From: Halocafeteria seosinensis
Lineage: Eukaryota
Assembly: GCA_001687465.1 (NCBI GenBank)
Contig: LVLI01000121.1
Span: 1 to 64,000 of the forward strand
Reading direction: 5' to 3'
DNA length: 64,000 bases
Part shown: piece by piece, positions 59,416 through 64,000 of the stretch
Numbering within the stretch: the first letter of the stretch is position 1
Layout of the letters: every line of letters starts with the position of its first letter
Translations under genes and position numbers: made by a program
Notes under the pieces: generated by a model
The model's input: only the letters and a program-made list of their open reading frames with translations
Databases searched by the model: none
What the model was told of the DNA's origin: nothing

Positions 59416-62400
59416 ATGGCAACCCAGGGTGATAACGACGAAGTCCCCCCTCCTCCACCGCCTCCGCCGGCAGAAAGTGGTGAGANCAAACAGCAGGAAC
59501 CACCGGCGCCACCACCCCCCACGGAGGAAGAAGATGCTCCTCCCCCTCCTCCTCCTCCTGCCTCTTCCGGGGGCGATGAGCAGCAGTCACAGAAGGACGA
59601 TTCGGGCAATGCTGCCCCCACTTCCGGCGCTGCCAAGGAGGGAGCCCAGGAGGGAGAAGAGAGTGGAGAGAAAAAGAAAGTCAAAAAGAAAAAAAAGAGC
59701 TCCACCACGGCCTCGACCACCAAGAAAACAAAACGGAAGTCGTCCAAGAGCACAACCGGAGAATCGAAAAAGAAGGACAGCGACGGTGAAGATGGGGAAC
59801 TCGATCTGTCTAAAATGAGCCGGATGAATAAATCTCCCATGGCTCGCTTGAGTCAAAAATCGCGCCCGGAAACAGATGGTGAGACTTTTGACGTTGGAGT
59901 GGAGAAGGAAGTAGTAGAAGTGAGACAAGGAGAAGAAGGGCAAGAAGCTACCAGTGAAGTCATTTCGCGCGAGGTCGTGGATAAAAACGAAGTACAGCAG
60001 CAAGAAGACGAACATGCGGTGACCAATGAAGCTACCTCCGAAGAAGCAGCAGCCACAACCGAGCAGCAGAGTGAAACTGAAGCTGAAGCGACTTACGTCT
60101 CCTCTCCCGAGGGCAAAGGCACCGCCACAACAACAGCTGATGCGACCGTCGGTGAGCATGCTTCTGCCACGGCGGGGACTTGCTCCACTGGCACGCGAAC
60201 AGCTGAACATACACCGCCACAATCTACTACCGGTACGGGCGAAGCGACGAACATTGATTCCTCTGCTACAGCAAATACGGAGAGCATAAATACGAACACC
60301 GAAGCTGAGCATGAAGCAACAGCAATCGACCATGGGGAAGCAGACGACGCCGGAGGCGTCGAAGCGACCCATGAGAATGGTGAGTCGGGTTCGCCACAGG
60401 GAACACCGGAAGACACAGTCACAGGAGACGAAGAGCAAAACGAGAGCGATGAGAGTTCCGGCGAAGACAGTGACGAAGCCGAAGTAGATGCGAAACTGCA
60501 CGTCAAATCGGCTGCTCAAATTGCCGCCGAAGCTGGAATACCTCGCTTCCAAGAACATGCCACAATGGTTCCTTCCCAGGAGGATGAACAACGCGTATGT
60601 GTGAATGACTATGAGCTGTTGTCACTTTTAGGGAAAGGCGCGTATGCCGAAGTGATCCTAGCACGTCATCGACCCTCTGGGATTTTGACGGTAAGTCTAA
60701 ACATAAACAGGAATAAGTTGCGTGGCTTTAAATGTATAGACTCTACCTAGCATTCTTACAGGCTATTAAGTGCTTCAGCAAGAGCGCACTGACGAAGAAA
60801 CGGAACGTGCACAGGGACTCTGATACCGGAGATCTGAAGGTGATCACTGCCCTTGACAAAGTAGAAAATGAAGTGTCTATCCTGCAAAAATTGGACCATC
60901 CCCATGTTGTTGGTCTGCTGAGTGCAATTGATGATCCGAATAGCGACGACTTATACTATGGTATGTATTTCTATTGCCAATAGTACCCAGGACGGGTCAT
61001 CCATTGTAGATGATAAGATGTCGTTGCGGGGCGCAGTTCTTGAGTTCGCTGACGCGGGATCCTTGATGCGATGGGATGACGAAAAAAGCCGCTATGTAGT
61101 ACACAATTCAGAAATGGGTACTGAAGATATGTCTATTCCAGAGTCTCTAGCGAGTGTCGTTGTGTATGATATTGCTTTGGCACTGAAATACTGTATGTGG
61201 CACTTTTCATCGGGTTTGGCCTTTGGGGTTACTGTATCTGCCCGGTCTTTCAATTTTTTGCTTGTGCTAAGCAGGCCAATCGAAAGGAGTGGTTCATCGA
61301 GATGTGAAACCAGATAATATTTTGCTCACCTCCAATGGAATCGCCAAGCTTGCGGACTTCGGAGTGTCGTTTGACCGTTATGGAGTAGACTTGGAGACTA
61401 TGACTGAACAAGCTCGGCTTGAAATTCAGGAATCACGAAACAGCAGGAAGCAAGAAAATGGTGAAGAAGCAGATGAGGAGGACGAAGAGGAAGCAATCCA
61501 AAGAGCAACTGAAGCTCAACTACTGCGGTCTCTATCTCATGATGGTACGGGTCAGGAAACAGGGGATGGGTCTATAGAGGTTACGGGAACAGAGGGGACT
61601 TTCCACTTCGTCTCCCCCGAAGCGTGTTCCAGTACGTTGTTTCTTGTGCCCGTAGCTTGCCATGGTATCCTACAAATACGGCTTTTGCAGACTCCAAATA
61701 TGACGGTTGCGCTGCCGACATGTGGGCTCTTGGATGCACACTTTATGCAATGGTGTTTGGAACGTTGCCCTTCGGGGCTGATGCAGAAGGCCCCATCGAA
61801 TTATTTGACGCGATCGAACAAGACAGGTATGTTAAGTCTTGCATGTGCGTACTGGTTTCCTTGGAATAGACTCCAGCACTAACGGGATACGTTTCCGTCG
61901 CAGCCTACCGGAATGGCCCAAAGATGTGTCAGATGATCTGAAGGATATGCTTTCGCAGCTACTGGCAAAGTCTCCGAGTGAGCGTCTGACGGTTGATGGT
62001 GTACTCAGCCATCCCTGGTTGAAGCAAGTTCAAGAGTCCGCACGACCTGAGCTTCCCCCGACAGATGTCAATGCACTCCAACCATACAAATCACTGAGCA
62101 TGGTAATGATGCAACAGGAACAACGACGGTCCACCGGTGCTTCTCAGTCAAGTGCCGGACAAGCAGGAGAGGAAAATTCTTCTGTGGGACATAATCTGGA
62201 CCCATCGCAGCAGCAGCCAATGAATGACGACCAGCAACAGTTTAATGCCTACCAGCAACCAGAACAACAACCTCCGGGTGCGTACGGGTACCCGTCCTTC
62301 GCGTCTTTCGATTATGGCATTGGGGGAGACTATCCGCCAGAATACCAACCTTGGTATATGCCGATAAAGGAACCTTTTGAGTCCCCGGAGATGAATGAGA

Positions 62401-62732
62401 AGTGGGGTCATGTAATCATCCGTGGCTGGCTTTACAAACGAGGAAGGATGCGCAGATCGTGGAGAAGGAGATACATTGTCTTGTGTATGAGAAGGGGGCC
62501 AAACGGAAGAATGCTTCCTGCTTTGATATATTTCAGAAACGATCAAATAGAGTCTTCTGAAAACATTCTGGGCTCTATGGAGTTGCAATTCATGACATCG
62601 CTAGGGGCTGCACCTAAAGAAGAGAAACCGTATCGCTTTTTTGTCAGCACTCACAAGCGGACTATGTATCTGCAGGCTCTTTCTGAAGAAGCTAGGGATA
62701 TGTGGCTGGATTCGTTGCGGGATTTGGAGTGA
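59416..62732 (+). CDS. CaMKK-like Ser/Thr kinase with long acidic N-terminus and C-terminal PH domain
   Basis: [12 protein letters not shown] plus insert, [83 protein letters not shown]; one N at 59486. Confidence 0.9.
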
Positions 62733-62837
62733 GGCTTGTAGGTGCAAGCGTGGAAACGCTAAGGAAATGCATTTGTCTGGTTGTACCCATCCACTGTGTC
62801 ATTTTTTATTTTTTTAAAGAAACAAGACACACCGAAA

Positions 62838-64000
62838 CTATAGAAATAGACTACTTTTGTTTCCGAGTTTCGTGCTAGTCCCTGACGCTGCTGCCTTCGC
62901 CTTCTCTTTCGCAGCACTACCCTTTGAAGGCCGCACCAGTGTACTTGTTCGAGCCCTTTTAATCGTTTTCCCCGTCGAAACGTTGTTACTACTTACCTCG
63001 GTCGACCAGGTAGTATTCCCTGAAGCCATGGTATTGTTGGAACGTTGCTGCAACGGTTGAGTTCGTTTGTCTTTGCTCACTCGTTGCCGCTTCAGGGGCT
63101 TGGAGGAGGACGCTGATTTATTTTTTTCCGGCTCTACGTTTTCAGCGTTTTCATCTGGTGAGGAGCTGTCAATGGGCTCCATTTTCTCGGAACGGCCTTT
63201 GCTTGAGTTACGACTGCCACGGGAGTCTGTACTTGAACGAGCCCGCTTCTGTTTCTGTCGCCGTTTACCATTAGGTCCAGCTTCGGGAACCCAATCCTCG
63301 TCATCTTCGTCGTCTACTACAGCCATGTCGTCCTCTGAATCTGAAAAGATTTCCTCTACGTCGACGTAGTCATTGGGGTTTTGTTTGCCTTTGCCTTTAT
63401 TGCTCTGCTTCTTTTGCTTCGCCTGGCCACTCTCCACCACTGGCTTTTCTTGACGAAGCTTTGTCAGTAATGCCTCCGTGCGGGATGCTTTATCTTCCGT
63501 TTCCTTGATCTTCCGATTTAACTGCTTTATGAGTTCTTCTTTCTTGTGTACTTCTTTACGTAATTCCGCTTTCTGTTCTTCGTTTTCTTCTAACTTTATA
63601 TGCATATCCGTAAGACCTTGCAATTCCTTCTGTTGCGAGCTAACCATCTTCCTCAATTGGGATACTTGCTGCTTCAGCGCTCTATGGCTACTTTCCTCTT
63701 TGTTAGAGCCCTCACTTGGTTCAGAAGATTGTTTCAATGCATTGGACATTTCTTCTAACGAAGGCATATCGAAGGTGTTAGAACTCTGTTGGAGATGAGT
63801 GGCTTCGTCCTCCTGGTTATTATTCCCCTCGTTCTCCATTGAGTCGCTATGACACTGCAGGACGTGAATGACCTTCTCCTCCGCTAACCGGACAGATTCA
63901 CTAGCTTTGGCGTCACTTTCCAAAGCTTCCCTTCGCTGCTCGTCGACGGTTTCCTCAAGCTCAGAAATTTTTTCTTCGGCATCCGCCAGTTGCTTTTCGT
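62838..64000 (-). CDS. C-terminal coiled-coil tail of a large protein, resembles kinesin-4 (KIF4) tail; 5'-partial
   Basis: Frame open to the right edge; heptads, EEKVIHVLQ (cf. KIF4 QEKVLYLL), acidic DDEDDEDWVP followed by a basic patch; no motor domain in window. Confidence 0.55.
   Translation of the reverse strand, partial: EKQLADAEEKISELEETVDEQRREALESDAKASESVRLAEEKVIHVLQCHSDSMENEGNNNQEDEATHLQQSSNTFDMPSLEEMSNALKQSSEPSEGSNKEESSHRALKQQVSQLRKMVSSQQKELQGLTDMHIKLEENEEQKAELRKEVHKKEELIKQLNRKIKETEDKASRTEALLTKLRQEKPVVESGQAKQKKQSNKGKGKQNPNDYVDVEEIFSDSEDDMAVVDDEDDEDWVPEAGPNGKRRQKQKRARSSTDSRGSRNSSKGRSEKMEPIDSSSPDENAENVEPEKNKSASSSKPLKRQRVSKDKRTQPLQQRSNNTMASGNTTWSTEVSSNNVSTGKTIKRARTSTLVRPSKGSAAKEKAKAAASGTSTKLGNKSSLFL

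Noticed and set aside
53168..59486. Single N bases at 53168 and 59486
   Set aside because: Assembly ambiguities that preserve the frame.
1..64000. CRISPR arrays, tRNA/rRNA, prophage, alternative genetic code; acidic tracts as a halophile signature
   Set aside because: No repeat-spacer arrays or RNA-gene motifs seen; recognised genes translate with the standard code and use all three stops; acidic low-complexity tracts are common in eukaryotes and cannot be quantified here.

Overview
Compact, intron-containing eukaryotic nuclear DNA (short GT-AG introns, mostly about 50-110 nt; many intergenic gaps under 300 bp). Gene content suggests a protist; a heterotrophic stramenopile-like lineage is my guess, not a determination. 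About 20 protein genes. Recognisable housekeeping genes: LanC-like, DDX28-like DEAD-box helicase, MAPR/PGRMC-like, TCF25/Rqc1, GULO/ALO-type aldonolactone oxidase, SLC33A1, pyridoxal kinase, non-specific phospholipase C. Signalling or structural genes: tandem-GAF coiled-coil protein, CAR-like 7TM receptor, LRR protein, WD40 protein, CaMKK-like kinase with a PH domain, kinesin-4-like tail. A >1400-aa mitochondrion-targeted helical-repeat ORF runs off the left edge and is missing from the ORF track. Most unusual: (i) an intact pogo/DDE_1 transposase-derived gene missing two catalytic aspartates and without TIRs (domestication candidate); (ii) a DBH/MOXD1-family membrane protein with all six copper ligands apparently substituted (pseudoenzyme), about 3.7 kb from an oxidase-type GULO; (iii) a transposon-end-like non-coding block with a hairpin beside an orphan Cys-rich gene; (iv) a roughly 6 kb ORF-poor interval with intron-like remnants; (v) a 16-bp motif shared upstream of two signalling genes. 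No rRNA, tRNA or CRISPR was seen. All family assignments are by eye from remembered motifs; no searches were run.
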